From assembly GCA_964584665.1 (NCBI GenBank), contig CAZPAO010000011.1:1132-65131 (forward strand): DNA of 64,000 bases, given 5' to 3'. Numbering within the stretch: the stretch's first letter is position 1; each line of letters opens with the position of its first letter. This document shows positions 8,042 to 16,994 of this stretch, piece by piece. Made by a program: the position numbers and the translations under genes. Below the pieces are notes generated by a model. The model did not search any database. It was not told the DNA's origin and saw nothing but the letters and a program-made list of their open reading frames with translations. This DNA is from an uncultured Gammaproteobacteria bacterium (GTDB taxonomy: Bacteria > Pseudomonadota > Gammaproteobacteria > Natronospirales > REEB76).

Positions 8042-9297
8042 GGGGCCGGCACCCGGTAGCGGAGGAACCCCAGGCCCGGCAGGCGCGTCACGCGGCGCAG
8101 GAGCCCATGCTCCTCCATCCACAGGGCGTACTGCACGTACACCGGATCCCACGAGAGGTGCCGCTCCTCGGTGCGGGCACGCAGCCAATAGAGCGCGTTC
8201 ACGCCGAGCAGCATCAGGCAGGAGAACAGCCCATGCAGGGCGCCGTCCTGGCCTATGAAAGGCACGGCGATCAGCCACCAGGAGAGGTTCTTGGCGATGT
8301 AAGCCGGATGCTTGCTGAAACGGTAAGGACCGTTGGTCAGGATGCCGCGATGAGTGAGGTTGGAGAAGCGGCAACCGAAGGCCAGCGTGGCCCAGAGATA
8401 CACCGCCGTGAGCGCGAGGATCGCGCCGCCCCAACCCATGTAGAGCACTGGGATGCCGGCGAGCCAGTCCTGCCAATCATGGTCGCCGTGATAGTTGAGA
8501 TAGCTGCCGAACACGAGGTCGCGGAACGGCGGGTAGCAGGACAGCGCCGCCGCCCAGCCGAGAAGGGTCGGCTCGATGCTGCGGACGTGACTGTCCATGA
8601 GACGCAGCGTCGCGAGATATCCCACCGCCGCCAGGGTCACGTCCACGAAGTACATGCCGTTGGCGGCGAGCGGGTAGAGCGCGTTGGATAGAGTCGGCAC
8701 TTCGCCGCCGAAATGCAGCAGCCGCTGCATGTCCTGGCAGAGGTAGCCGAACATGAGCGGTAGGAAGAAGCCCTTCACCAGCCAGCCCAGGAGATGCTGG
8801 CCGAAGACCTTGGTGTCCACCTCGCGCCAGCGCAGCAACAGTACCTGCCCCGTCTGCCAATAGCCGTCGTGGGGCTCACGCATGCGCCGGTCCACGAGAT
8901 AGAAGTACGGGACCGCCGCCGCCAACAAGAGCGGCACGAGCTTCATGAGCATCACGAAGTACGGACCGTAGAAGGGATCGCTATATAAGGGGAAGACGAG
9001 ATAGCCGAGCGCCAGGAACCCGAGGCTGCCGAGCAGGCCCAAGAGCTTGATGGCGGTGCGCTTGAGGGAAGGATCGTGGACCGTGGCATCGAGGCCGCTG
9101 TCGGCGCGCCGCCAGCTGCGCGCGGCCAGCTCCGCGCCGATGAGCACGGCAGCCACCACCGCCACCAGCAACAGGCCCGGCATGGCCGGTTCCTCCCAGG
9201 GGCCGAGCATGCGCACGAGCTGTACGCCCGCGGCGAAGGCCGCGAGCCCCAGCAGGGGCACGGCCCAATGGACCGCCGACTTGGGGAGCGTATGCAT
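8038..9297 (-). CDS. polytopic membrane protein with C-terminal ICMT/PEMT-type methyltransferase domain
   Basis: C-terminal LTHRGILTNGPYRFSKHPAYIA...RTEERHL is typical of isoprenylcysteine carboxyl / phospholipid methyltransferases. About 240-aa multi-TM N-terminal extension. Confidence 0.7.
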   Translation of the reverse strand: MHTLPKSAVHWAVPLLGLAAFAAGVQLVRMLGPWEEPAMPGLLLVAVVAAVLIGAELAARSWRRADSGLDATVHDPSLKRTAIKLLGLLGSLGFLALGYLVFPLYSDPFYGPYFVMLMKLVPLLLAAAVPYFYLVDRRMREPHDGYWQTGQVLLLRWREVDTKVFGQHLLGWLVKGFFLPLMFGYLCQDMQRLLHFGGEVPTLSNALYPLAANGMYFVDVTLAAVGYLATLRLMDSHVRSIEPTLLGWAAALSCYPPFRDLVFGSYLNYHGDHDWQDWLAGIPVLYMGWGGAILALTAVYLWATLAFGCRFSNLTHRGILTNGPYRFSKHPAYIAKNLSWWLIAVPFIGQDGALHGLFSCLMLLGVNALYWLRARTEERHLSWDPVYVQYALWMEEHGLLRRVTRLPGLGFLRYRVPAP

Positions 9298-9344
9298 GGG
9301 GATCCCGTACGAAGGCGATGCGCCAGTCTAGCCGCTGACGCGGC

Positions 9345-9965
9345 TCATTTGTGCAGCAGGGGCTTCAACTTGGGCCAGACGTTGTCCAGCACCTTGGGCT
9401 CCCCCGCCGCCAGCGGGTGCAGGCCGTCCTCCTGCATCAGTTCCCGGTGCTGGACCACTCCGTCAAGCAGGAAGGGCAGCAGCGGCACCCGATACTGCTT
9501 GGCGAGTGCCGGGAAGACCGCGGCGAACTGGCGGGTGTAGGGCCCGCCGTAGTTGGGCGGCATGAGGATGCCGAGCATGAGCGTTTTCGCACCGGCAGCG
9601 CTTGAAAGCTTGAGCATCTGCCCCAGGTTATCCTGGAGCACCGCCACCGGGGTGCCGCGCAGGCCGTCGTTGGCGCCCAGCTCCAGGATCACGATGACAG
9701 GTTTGTGCTCGGCGAGGGCGGCGGGCAGGCGCGTCAAGCCGCCGGAGCTGGTCTCGCCGCTGATGCTGGCGTTGACCACGGTATAGTCATAGCCCTCGGC
9801 CGCGAGGCGCTGCTGCAACAGGGCGACCCAACCCTGGGATGTCTCGAGGTTGTAGGCGGCGCTCAGGCTGTCGCCCATCACTAATATCGTGTGTGTCGGT
9901 GCCGCCGCGAAGACGAGCGCCGGGGCCACCCACAAGACCACAAGAAGAAGGACGCGTCTCAACAT
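9345..9965 (-). CDS. tesA: SGNH/GDSL arylesterase - acyl-CoA thioesterase I / lysophospholipase L1
   Basis: Signal peptide, then ILVMGDSLSA (block I), ELGANDG and DGLHP blocks. Divergent from ybbA as in E. coli. Confidence 0.85.
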   Translation of the reverse strand: MLRRVLLLVVLWVAPALVFAAAPTHTILVMGDSLSAAYNLETSQGWVALLQQRLAAEGYDYTVVNASISGETSSGGLTRLPAALAEHKPVIVILELGANDGLRGTPVAVLQDNLGQMLKLSSAAGAKTLMLGILMPPNYGGPYTRQFAAVFPALAKQYRVPLLPFLLDGVVQHRELMQEDGLHPLAAGEPKVLDNVWPKLKPLLHK

Positions 9966-10656
9966 GCCTAAGGCCTCCGCCGCCGACGCCCTACTCAGCG
10001 CCCGGCATCTCAGCAAGCAGGTTAGCAGCCCGGACGGCGTGTTGACCATTCTGGACGACGTGTCGCTCGCCATCCGCCCCGGCGAGTCCGCCGCCATCGT
10101 CGGCCCCTCCGGTTCCGGCAAGTCCACCCTGCTTGGCCTCCTGGCGGGACTCGACGTGCCGAGCTCGGGCGAGGTCTGGCTGGATGGCGAGCCCTTCAGC
10201 AGCCTGGACGAGGACGCCCGCGCCATGCGCCGTGCCCGCGAGATCGGTTTCGTGTTCCAGTCCTTCCATCTCCTGCCGGGGCTCACGGCCCTCGAGAACG
10301 TGATGCTGCCGCTGGAGTTGGGTGACAGCCCGGGCGCCGAGCAATCGGCGCGGGACGTGCTGGAAGCGGTGGGCCTGGGCGCACGCGCGAAGTACTACCC
10401 GCAGAAGCTCTCCGGCGGCGAGCAGCAGCGGGTCGCCATCGCCCGCGCCTACGCCACCCGCCCCCATCTGCTGTTCGCCGACGAACCCACCGGCAACCTG
10501 GATGCCGCCACCGGCCGGGTGATCGTGGACCTGCTGTTCAAGCTCAACGCCGAACGGCGCACCACGCTCGTGCTCGTGACCCATGACACGGAACTCGCGG
10601 GCCGTTGTGACCGCATCCTGCGACTGCACGCCGGCCGCCTGGAGCCGGAAACGTGA
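9964..10656 (+). CDS. ybbA: ABC transporter ATP-binding protein
   Basis: Walker A GPSGSGKST, signature LSGGEQQR, Walker B LLFADEPT. ATG shares CATG with the tesA start on the other strand. Confidence 0.85.
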   Translation: MPKASAADALLSARHLSKQVSSPDGVLTILDDVSLAIRPGESAAIVGPSGSGKSTLLGLLAGLDVPSSGEVWLDGEPFSSLDEDARAMRRAREIGFVFQSFHLLPGLTALENVMLPLELGDSPGAEQSARDVLEAVGLGARAKYYPQKLSGGEQQRVAIARAYATRPHLLFADEPTGNLDAATGRVIVDLLFKLNAERRTTLVLVTHDTELAGRCDRILRLHAGRLEPET

Positions 10657-13142
10657 CCCTGTTCCGGCTCTCGGCGCGCCAGTTCCGCCGCGGCTGGAGG
10701 AGCGGCGAATACACCGTGATGGCGGCGGCCCTTGCGCTCGCCCTGGCAGCGGTCTCGGCGGTGGGTTTCTTCACCGCGCGGGTGCGCACAGCCGTGGTGG
10801 AGCAAGCCGGTGAGAGTCTCGCGGCGGACCTCGTGCTGCAGAGCGGCGAGCCCTTGCCGGCTAACTACTTGCAGGAAGCCCAGACTGCCGGCGCCGTGAC
10901 ATCGGCGCTGATGGATTTCTCCACGGTGCTGGTGAAGGACCAGGGCACCCTGCTGGTGGACGTGCACGCGGTGAGCGCGGGTTATCCGCTGCGCGGCAAG
11001 GTGCGCCTGAGCGAACAAGCCTTCGGCATCTCACATCCCGCCGATGGCATACCGGTCCGCGGCACTGTGTGGGCGGAACCGCGCATCCTCGGCACCTTGG
11101 GACTGAAGTCCGGCGACGCGGTCCAAGTCGGCGACAGCCCCGTGCACATAGCGGCCGCTCTCGCCTATCTGCCGGATGGAGGCTTCGGCTTCTCGGCTCT
11201 CGAACCCAAGATCGTCATGGATCTCGCAGATGTCCCCGCCACGAATCTCGTGACCGCCAACTCCCGCGTGGATTACAAGCTCCTGGTGGCGGGCCCGCCG
11301 GATGTGGTGGAGACGTTGGAGAACCGCTGGCGCGACAAGCTGCCTCCCGGCGTCCGCCTGCAGGACGCCCGGGACGGGCGCCCGGAACTCGTGAACGCCA
11401 TCGAACGCTCCCAGCGCTTCCTAGCCCTCGCCGCCCTCGTGAGCGCGCTCATCTCCGCGGTCGCGGTGGTGCTGGCGGCGCGTCGCTACGCCACGCGCTA
11501 CACCGATGCGGCCGCGATATTGAAATGCCTCGGCCTGACGCGTCGTCGAGTCCAGACTGTACTTCTATTGGAACTCCTGTGGCTGGGCCTCTCTGCCGGC
11601 CTCGCAGGCGTGGCCTTAGGGTATGGCGCCCAGTTCGGCCTCGTGGCCTTGCTGAAGGACCTGCTGCCCTCCCAGCTGCCCCCCGCGCCGCTCACACCTG
11701 CTTTCGCAGCGCTCGGGATGGGTCTCGTGCTGCTGCTCGGCTTCGCCCTGCCGCCCCTGATGCGCCTAGGCGATACACCGCCGGCCCGGGTGCTCCGGCG
11801 CGACCTCGCCCCGCCACCGGCCCGGGGCTTCGTCATCTATGGTGCAGCCATACTCGCGAGCTTCGGCCTCACCCTCTGGCAGGTGCGCACCCTGGGGCTC
11901 GCCCTCTCGGTTCTGGCAGGTCTCGCCCTCACGGTGCTGCTCCTGGGGCTGGGTGCCGTCGTGATGCTCTGGCTGCTGAAGCGCTTGCGCCATGGCGGGA
12001 GCGCCGGCTGGCGCTACGGCCTCGCCAACCTCAGCCGCCATCGCCGCGACACCATCGTGCAGATGGTGGCCTTCGGCATCGGGCTCATGGTTCTCCTGCT
12101 GCTGGCGCTGGTGCGCACGGACCTGCTGCAGAGCTGGCGCACCAGCCTGCCCGACGACGCGCCCAACGAGTTCATCATCAACATCCAGCCGGACCAGCGG
12201 GACACGGTGACGAAGTTCTTCACGGACCGGGGCGTCGCGGCCCCGACGCTCTATCCCTTCGTGCGGGCGCGGCTCTCCGCCATCGGCGACAAACCGATGA
12301 CGGGCATGCATTTCCAGACCGAGGATGCCAAACGCTTCGCGGAGCGGGAGCAGAACCTGAGTTGGTCCTATGACCTGCCCGCGGCCAACACCCTCACCGC
12401 GGGCACGTGGTGGGACAAGGAACAGGCGAAGCAGCCTCTCGCCTCCGTGGCGGAAGACTTCGCCACGAGCCTGGACCTGAAGGTCGGCGACAAGCTCACC
12501 TTCGACGTGGCAGGCACGCCGGTGGCGGTGACCATCGCCAACATCCGCAAGGTACGCTGGGATTCCTTCCAGCCCAACTTCTTCATCGAACTCTCCCCCG
12601 GCGCCCTGGAGCAGCACCCGGGCACCTGGATCACCAGCGTGTACCTCCCGCCGGCGAAGGCCGGCATGCTGGCAGACCTGATCCGCGCCCTGCCCTCGCT
12701 CACGCTCTTCGACGTGGATGCCATCATGCAGCAGGTGCGCAAGCTCATGGACGAGGCCTCGCTCGCGGTGGAATACGTGTTCCTGTTCACGCTCGGTGCC
12801 GGCATCGTGGTGCTGCTGGCCGCCGTGCAATCCACCCGGGACGAACGGCGCTTCGAGGCGGCTGTGCTCAGAGCCTTGGGCGCCTCACGCGCAAGGGTGC
12901 GGGCCGCGGCGGCGGCGGAGTACGCGGCCTTAGGGTTCGCCTCGGGCCTCTTAGGTGCCATCGCCGCCACCGGCGTTGCCTGGGCCCTGGCGGTGAAGAT
13001 CTTCACCCTGCCCTACACGCCGGACTGGCGGGTGTGGGTGGCGGGTATCGTGCTCGGCACGCTCATCGTCGCCTTCAGCGGCTTGATGGCCACGCGCTCG
13101 GTATTGAAGGCACCGCCTATCGAGACCCTGCGGGACAGCTGA
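10653..13142 (+). CDS. ybbP: ABC transporter permease with two FtsX-type modules
   Basis: 829 aa with a duplicated 4-TM FtsX architecture. GTG overlaps the ybbA stop (GTGA). Confidence 0.85.
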   Translation: MTLFRLSARQFRRGWRSGEYTVMAAALALALAAVSAVGFFTARVRTAVVEQAGESLAADLVLQSGEPLPANYLQEAQTAGAVTSALMDFSTVLVKDQGTLLVDVHAVSAGYPLRGKVRLSEQAFGISHPADGIPVRGTVWAEPRILGTLGLKSGDAVQVGDSPVHIAAALAYLPDGGFGFSALEPKIVMDLADVPATNLVTANSRVDYKLLVAGPPDVVETLENRWRDKLPPGVRLQDARDGRPELVNAIERSQRFLALAALVSALISAVAVVLAARRYATRYTDAAAILKCLGLTRRRVQTVLLLELLWLGLSAGLAGVALGYGAQFGLVALLKDLLPSQLPPAPLTPAFAALGMGLVLLLGFALPPLMRLGDTPPARVLRRDLAPPPARGFVIYGAAILASFGLTLWQVRTLGLALSVLAGLALTVLLLGLGAVVMLWLLKRLRHGGSAGWRYGLANLSRHRRDTIVQMVAFGIGLMVLLLLALVRTDLLQSWRTSLPDDAPNEFIINIQPDQRDTVTKFFTDRGVAAPTLYPFVRARLSAIGDKPMTGMHFQTEDAKRFAEREQNLSWSYDLPAANTLTAGTWWDKEQAKQPLASVAEDFATSLDLKVGDKLTFDVAGTPVAVTIANIRKVRWDSFQPNFFIELSPGALEQHPGTWITSVYLPPAKAGMLADLIRALPSLTLFDVDAIMQQVRKLMDEASLAVEYVFLFTLGAGIVVLLAAVQSTRDERRFEAAVLRALGASRARVRAAAAAEYAALGFASGLLGAIAATGVAWALAVKIFTLPYTPDWRVWVAGIVLGTLIVAFSGLMATRSVLKAPPIETLRDS

Positions 13143-14080
13143 TGCGCTGGCTGCTGCTCCTGGGCTTCTTCGCCGCCTCGGCTGCCCATGCGGACTGCGG
13201 CGTCACGCCGCCGGTGAATAAGATCTTCGACTATCCGCGGCTCCTGAAGGCCCACGCTTCGTTCCAGAACTATGAGATACGCATCTTCGATTCAGTGAGC
13301 TGCGAAGAGCCGGTGTTCAAGGATCGCTCGGGCCTGGAGATATTGAAAGGCGGTCAGCGGGTCTATGGAGAGACAGGCTATGGCTTCGCCATCGGCTACC
13401 CTCTGGACCAGGACCAGCCACCGGACACAGTTAAGCTCAGGGTCGGCGATGACATCAGCGGGCAGGGCCAGTCGGAACTGCTGGTCTCCACCTGGTCCGG
13501 TGGTGCCCACTGTTGTTACAGCTTCGAGGTGATCAGCCTCGGCGATCCGCTGCGCAAGCTCCAGAGCATCCCGCTCTTCGACGCGGATGAGTCCGCCTTC
13601 GTGCGCCGCCCCGGCATAAAGGGACTCGTGTTGGTGACGGCGGACTACAGCGACTTCGCCTATTTCCCCACGAGCTTCGCCGGCTCTCCCGCAGGCCGGG
13701 TGTTCCTGAGCTTCCAGGATGGCCGGTTCCGCCCCGATACCTCCCTCATGAAAGCCGCCGCACCCAAGAGCGGCGTGACAGCGAAATGCGCCGGGCTCTT
13801 CAGGCAGAGCCACGAGTGGAAGGCGAGCCAACCCTTGGGCATGTGGTACTACGCCACGGACCTCATCTACACCGGCCATGCGGACGAGGCCTGGAGCTTC
13901 CTGGATGCGGCCTGGGGCGGGAGCAAGGCAGATAAGGATAAGTATATGGGCGATTACAAGCAGCGCTTGACCAAGAGCGTCTACTACCCGGACCTGATGC
14001 TGCTACAGAAGGCGCCGCTCACCGATGCGGGGCAGAAGATAGATTGGGAAAGACACTGTTTCGACTACATGCACGGCTGA
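13142..14080 (+). CDS. secreted hypothetical protein (6 Cys)
   Basis: ATG shares one base with the ybbP stop (TGATG). Signal peptide MRWLLLLGFFAASAAHA. No family recognised. Confidence 0.6.
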   Translation: MRWLLLLGFFAASAAHADCGVTPPVNKIFDYPRLLKAHASFQNYEIRIFDSVSCEEPVFKDRSGLEILKGGQRVYGETGYGFAIGYPLDQDQPPDTVKLRVGDDISGQGQSELLVSTWSGGAHCCYSFEVISLGDPLRKLQSIPLFDADESAFVRRPGIKGLVLVTADYSDFAYFPTSFAGSPAGRVFLSFQDGRFRPDTSLMKAAAPKSGVTAKCAGLFRQSHEWKASQPLGMWYYATDLIYTGHADEAWSFLDAAWGGSKADKDKYMGDYKQRLTKSVYYPDLMLLQKAPLTDAGQKIDWERHCFDYMHG

Positions 14081-14151
14081 GAGGCTCCCTGCGCTCCGAC
14101 AGCAGGGATGCCATCGATATAATGTGCGTCCCTACCGCCGTCGGTGACGCC

Positions 14152-14604
14152 ATGTACTCACGTCTCCTGAGATACCTCGCGCTCGCGCTGCCCTTCGCCT
14201 TCACCCAGTCCGATGCCCTTGCAGCCGCCCACGACGGAGCGGCCGCGGATATACGTGCAGCCTACGGGGTGTGGAGCCGCGGCATGCAACAGGGGGACGC
14301 GTCCCTGGTGATGTCGGTGTTCGATGAGGAAGCTGTCTGGTGCGCCCAGGATGGGCGCTGCTTCTCAGGCCGCGCCGCCATCGAGACCATGAACCGGGAG
14401 CGTTTCCAGAAGAACGGGGCGATGCGGAGCGCGGAACCCAAGACCACAAAGCTGGCGGAAGACGGGGATTTCATCCACGAGTGGGGCAACACCCGGATCG
14501 TCTCCGCAACAGGCGAGATAAGGGTCGTGCATTACCTCGCCGTCTGGCGACGCCAGCAGGACGGGGCTTGGAAGATCTTCCGGGACATCCTGCTTCCATC
14601 CTGA
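14152..14604 (+). CDS. secreted NTF2-like (SnoaL/DUF4440-type) protein
   Basis: Signal peptide, then a DUF4440-like pattern ending YLAVWRRQQDGAWKIFRD. Confidence 0.6.
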   Translation: MYSRLLRYLALALPFAFTQSDALAAAHDGAAADIRAAYGVWSRGMQQGDASLVMSVFDEEAVWCAQDGRCFSGRAAIETMNRERFQKNGAMRSAEPKTTKLAEDGDFIHEWGNTRIVSATGEIRVVHYLAVWRRQQDGAWKIFRDILLPS

Positions 14605-14617
14605 GCCGGGACCGGCG

Positions 14618-14989
14618 TCAGGCTGGTCTCGATGCCGATACCCGAGCCAATGCGATCACGATAGCCGCGATGACCGCGAAGATGACGCCGACGAACAATC
14701 CTGCCAGCCACGGCGCCTTGCCCCAGACCACCGGCGCCAGCGCGCCCGTGATCACCAGGGTCAGGCCCCAGGCGTAGAGCAGGATGCGGCTCGCAGAGGG
14801 TTTCAGGAACAAGGCCAGGGCGGAAGCGAAGCCCAGAGCCACGTAAGCCAGCTGCGCGGCGGCCTGGATGCCCCGGGCGGGACCGTCTATGGCCCTGAGT
14901 TCATCCGTATAGCCCACGCATCCCGCGATGCTCAGGGCCACGAGGATGAGCGCCGCCACCCCAAGCCGGACCTTCTGCCACGTAGTCAT
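14618..14989 (-). CDS. small polytopic membrane protein
   Basis: ATG 14989 (MTTWQKV..) is 8 nt after the upstream stop. About 4 hydrophobic helices. Confidence 0.55.
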   Translation of the reverse strand: MTTWQKVRLGVAALILVALSIAGCVGYTDELRAIDGPARGIQAAAQLAYVALGFASALALFLKPSASRILLYAWGLTLVITGALAPVVWGKAPWLAGLFVGVIFAVIAAIVIALARVSASRPA

Positions 14990-14997
14990 CGCATCCC

Positions 14998-15543
14998 TCA
15001 AGAGCTGGCGCCAAAGAGTTCCCGGGCCTGGGCCACGGGGATGCGCTGGCTCGCGTGCCCCAGGGCCGAGATGCAGATGTCCCGGTCCGCAGCCAGCGCC
15101 TTGATGTCCGCCGGCAACTGCGCCAGGCCCGCCGCCACGTCATCGGAGTAGAGGTCCGGTTGCGCATCATCCAGGGATTGCAGGTCGATATGACCTGCGT
15201 AGTTGAAGCAATCCGCCTGCACCTCGAAGTAGCTGTTGCCCGTCTTCAGGGATGCGGAGCCGCCGCCGTAGGAGGTGACGCTGTAGACGTAGTAATGCCC
15301 CGGCGGCAAGGACTGCACCAGATAGGTGGTGCGCTCGGTGCCGATGCGCTTGATCTGGATGGCGTAGGTCTTGCCGCTGTCCGCGTCCTGCACCGTCACG
15401 GGCGTATCGGCGTAGAGCCAAGTGGAGGCCACGAACAGGCCATAGTGCTCAGGGTTGTCGGTGAAGGGCTTCGCCGACTGCGAGCAGCCGGCGGCAAACA
15501 GGGCTGCGAGCACCCAGCCTGACCATGCCATGTGCCTGATCAT
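14998..15543 (-). CDS. lipoprotein, paralog 1 of an unnamed family
   Basis: Lipobox LFAAGC. Shares YGLFVA, SLPPGHYY, YFEVQADCFNYAG and DRDIC with the two paralogs. Start could be 15543 or 15531. Confidence 0.7.
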   Translation of the reverse strand: MIRHMAWSGWVLAALFAAGCSQSAKPFTDNPEHYGLFVASTWLYADTPVTVQDADSGKTYAIQIKRIGTERTTYLVQSLPPGHYYVYSVTSYGGGSASLKTGNSYFEVQADCFNYAGHIDLQSLDDAQPDLYSDDVAAGLAQLPADIKALAADRDICISALGHASQRIPVAQARELFGASS

Positions 15544-15553
15544 GAGCTGCACC

Positions 15554-16057
15554 TCATGTATGCAGGGGGACACGCTGGTTGGCTTTCCCCGTGGGCGCCA
15601 TGCAGATGTCCTTGCCGGCAGCCATCTTGGCGAGTGGCTTCGGCAGATTCTCGATGTCACTCACGTCCACTTCGTTGGTATAGACGGCGCGATTGTCCAT
15701 GGCCCCGAAATGGATGTGCCCACCATAGTTGAAGCACCCGGCAACGACGTCGAAGTACCCCGTGTCCGTCAGCAAGGGCACCGTGATGTTGGAATATGGG
15801 TGATAGCTGTAGATGTGATACCGGCCAGGCGGCAGGGACTTCTCCAGATAACCGTATCCGTCACGGTTGCCGAATATCCGCATCTGGATGGAGATGACCT
15901 CGCCTGTCGCATCGCTCCTGATCTGCAGCGGGATTGCCATGTCCAGGTTGGTGGCCGCGACGTACAGGCCATACTGCTCAGGATGATCCACGAAACCCTG
16001 TTCCGTGGCGGAACAGGCGCAGAGCAAGGACAAGCCGAGGATGACTGCGAGTCTCAT
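15554..16057 (-). CDS. lipoprotein, paralog 2 of an unnamed family
   Basis: AGGAGA SD. Lipobox LLCACS. Motifs YGLYVAATN, SLPPGRYH, YFDVVAGCFNYGG, GKDIC. Confidence 0.75.
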   Translation of the reverse strand: MRLAVILGLSLLCACSATEQGFVDHPEQYGLYVAATNLDMAIPLQIRSDATGEVISIQMRIFGNRDGYGYLEKSLPPGRYHIYSYHPYSNITVPLLTDTGYFDVVAGCFNYGGHIHFGAMDNRAVYTNEVDVSDIENLPKPLAKMAAGKDICMAPTGKANQRVPLHT

Positions 16058-16077
16058 GGGCCTCTCCTAAGCGACGG

Positions 16078-16926
16078 CTACGATTGTTTCCCCAGGACCG
16101 CCAGCGCCACACCCCCCAAGATAGCGCAGGAAGCGATGGCGAGGCGCGAAGTGAAGGCCTCGTCCAGCAGCCAGATGCCGCCGAAGGCGGCGATGACCGG
16201 CACCGAGAGCTGCACGATGGCGGCACGCGTGGCGGTGAGGCCCTTGAGAGCCGAGTACCAGACGACGTAGCCCAGCCCCGAGGTGATGGCGCCGGATGCG
16301 ACGGCATACAGCACGCCCACGGTGTCGAGGTGCAGCCGCGGCAGGAACGGCAGGTTGCAGAGGACGGCGAGCGGCGCCGCCCAAAGGAAATTCCCGGCGG
16401 TCGAACTGACCGGATCGGCCGCGCCGCGTCCGCGCAGGGAATACACGCCCCAGGCGAGACCCGCGACGACCATCAATGCCGCGCCCAGGGGCTCCGGCGC
16501 AGCGAGCCCCGGCCATACCAGGAACACGAGGCCGCCCAGGGAGAGCGCGAGCCCGCCGAGCTGGGCCGGACCCGGACGCTCACCCTGCCACAGCCCCGCC
16601 GCCAGCATGCAGAGCTGCACCGCGCCGAAGGCCAGGAGCGCGCCGACGCCCACCCCAAGGCTCACATAGGCGAAGGAGAAGGCGATGGCGTAGACGAAGA
16701 GCGCCAGGGCCGAGTACGCATCGCCGCGGACGCGCGCACCGCGGGCGCGCACCAGCAGCCACAGCACAGCCGCACCGGAGACGAGGCGCAGGCTGGTGAA
16801 GCTCGCCGCGTCGATGTGCGAGGCCTTGAGCGCGAGGCGGCAGAGAAGTGAGTTGGCGGCGAAGGCCGCGAGGGCGGCGGCGGTGAGGAGCAGCAGCCGC
16901 GGGGCGGCATGCTTGGAAGCTGTCAT
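16078..16926 (-). CDS. EamA/DMT family transporter
   Basis: 282 aa, about 10 TM, two EamA-like halves (Gly/Ala/Leu-rich, ..VVWYSALKGL..). Confidence 0.85.
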   Translation of the reverse strand: MTASKHAAPRLLLLTAAALAAFAANSLLCRLALKASHIDAASFTSLRLVSGAAVLWLLVRARGARVRGDAYSALALFVYAIAFSFAYVSLGVGVGALLAFGAVQLCMLAAGLWQGERPGPAQLGGLALSLGGLVFLVWPGLAAPEPLGAALMVVAGLAWGVYSLRGRGAADPVSSTAGNFLWAAPLAVLCNLPFLPRLHLDTVGVLYAVASGAITSGLGYVVWYSALKGLTATRAAIVQLSVPVIAAFGGIWLLDEAFTSRLAIASCAILGGVALAVLGKQS

Positions 16927-16994
16927 GGGATATCCCGGTGTGGGCGCCGCGTCAGACGATAGCAGACGCCCGCCACCGGGGATATGCGCTCAGC

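Noticed and set aside
7097-8476. 5' extensions of six-frame ORFs: 7097-8476, 30937-31923, 49137-50816, 12407-14080, 9345-10286, 24335-25246, 60968-62149, 5657-6634, 45175-46473.
   Set aside because: The extensions overlap the upstream gene in another frame and are Arg/Pro-rich. Internal starts give proper signal peptides or N-termini, SD sequences or ATGA/GTGA coupling, and these were used instead.
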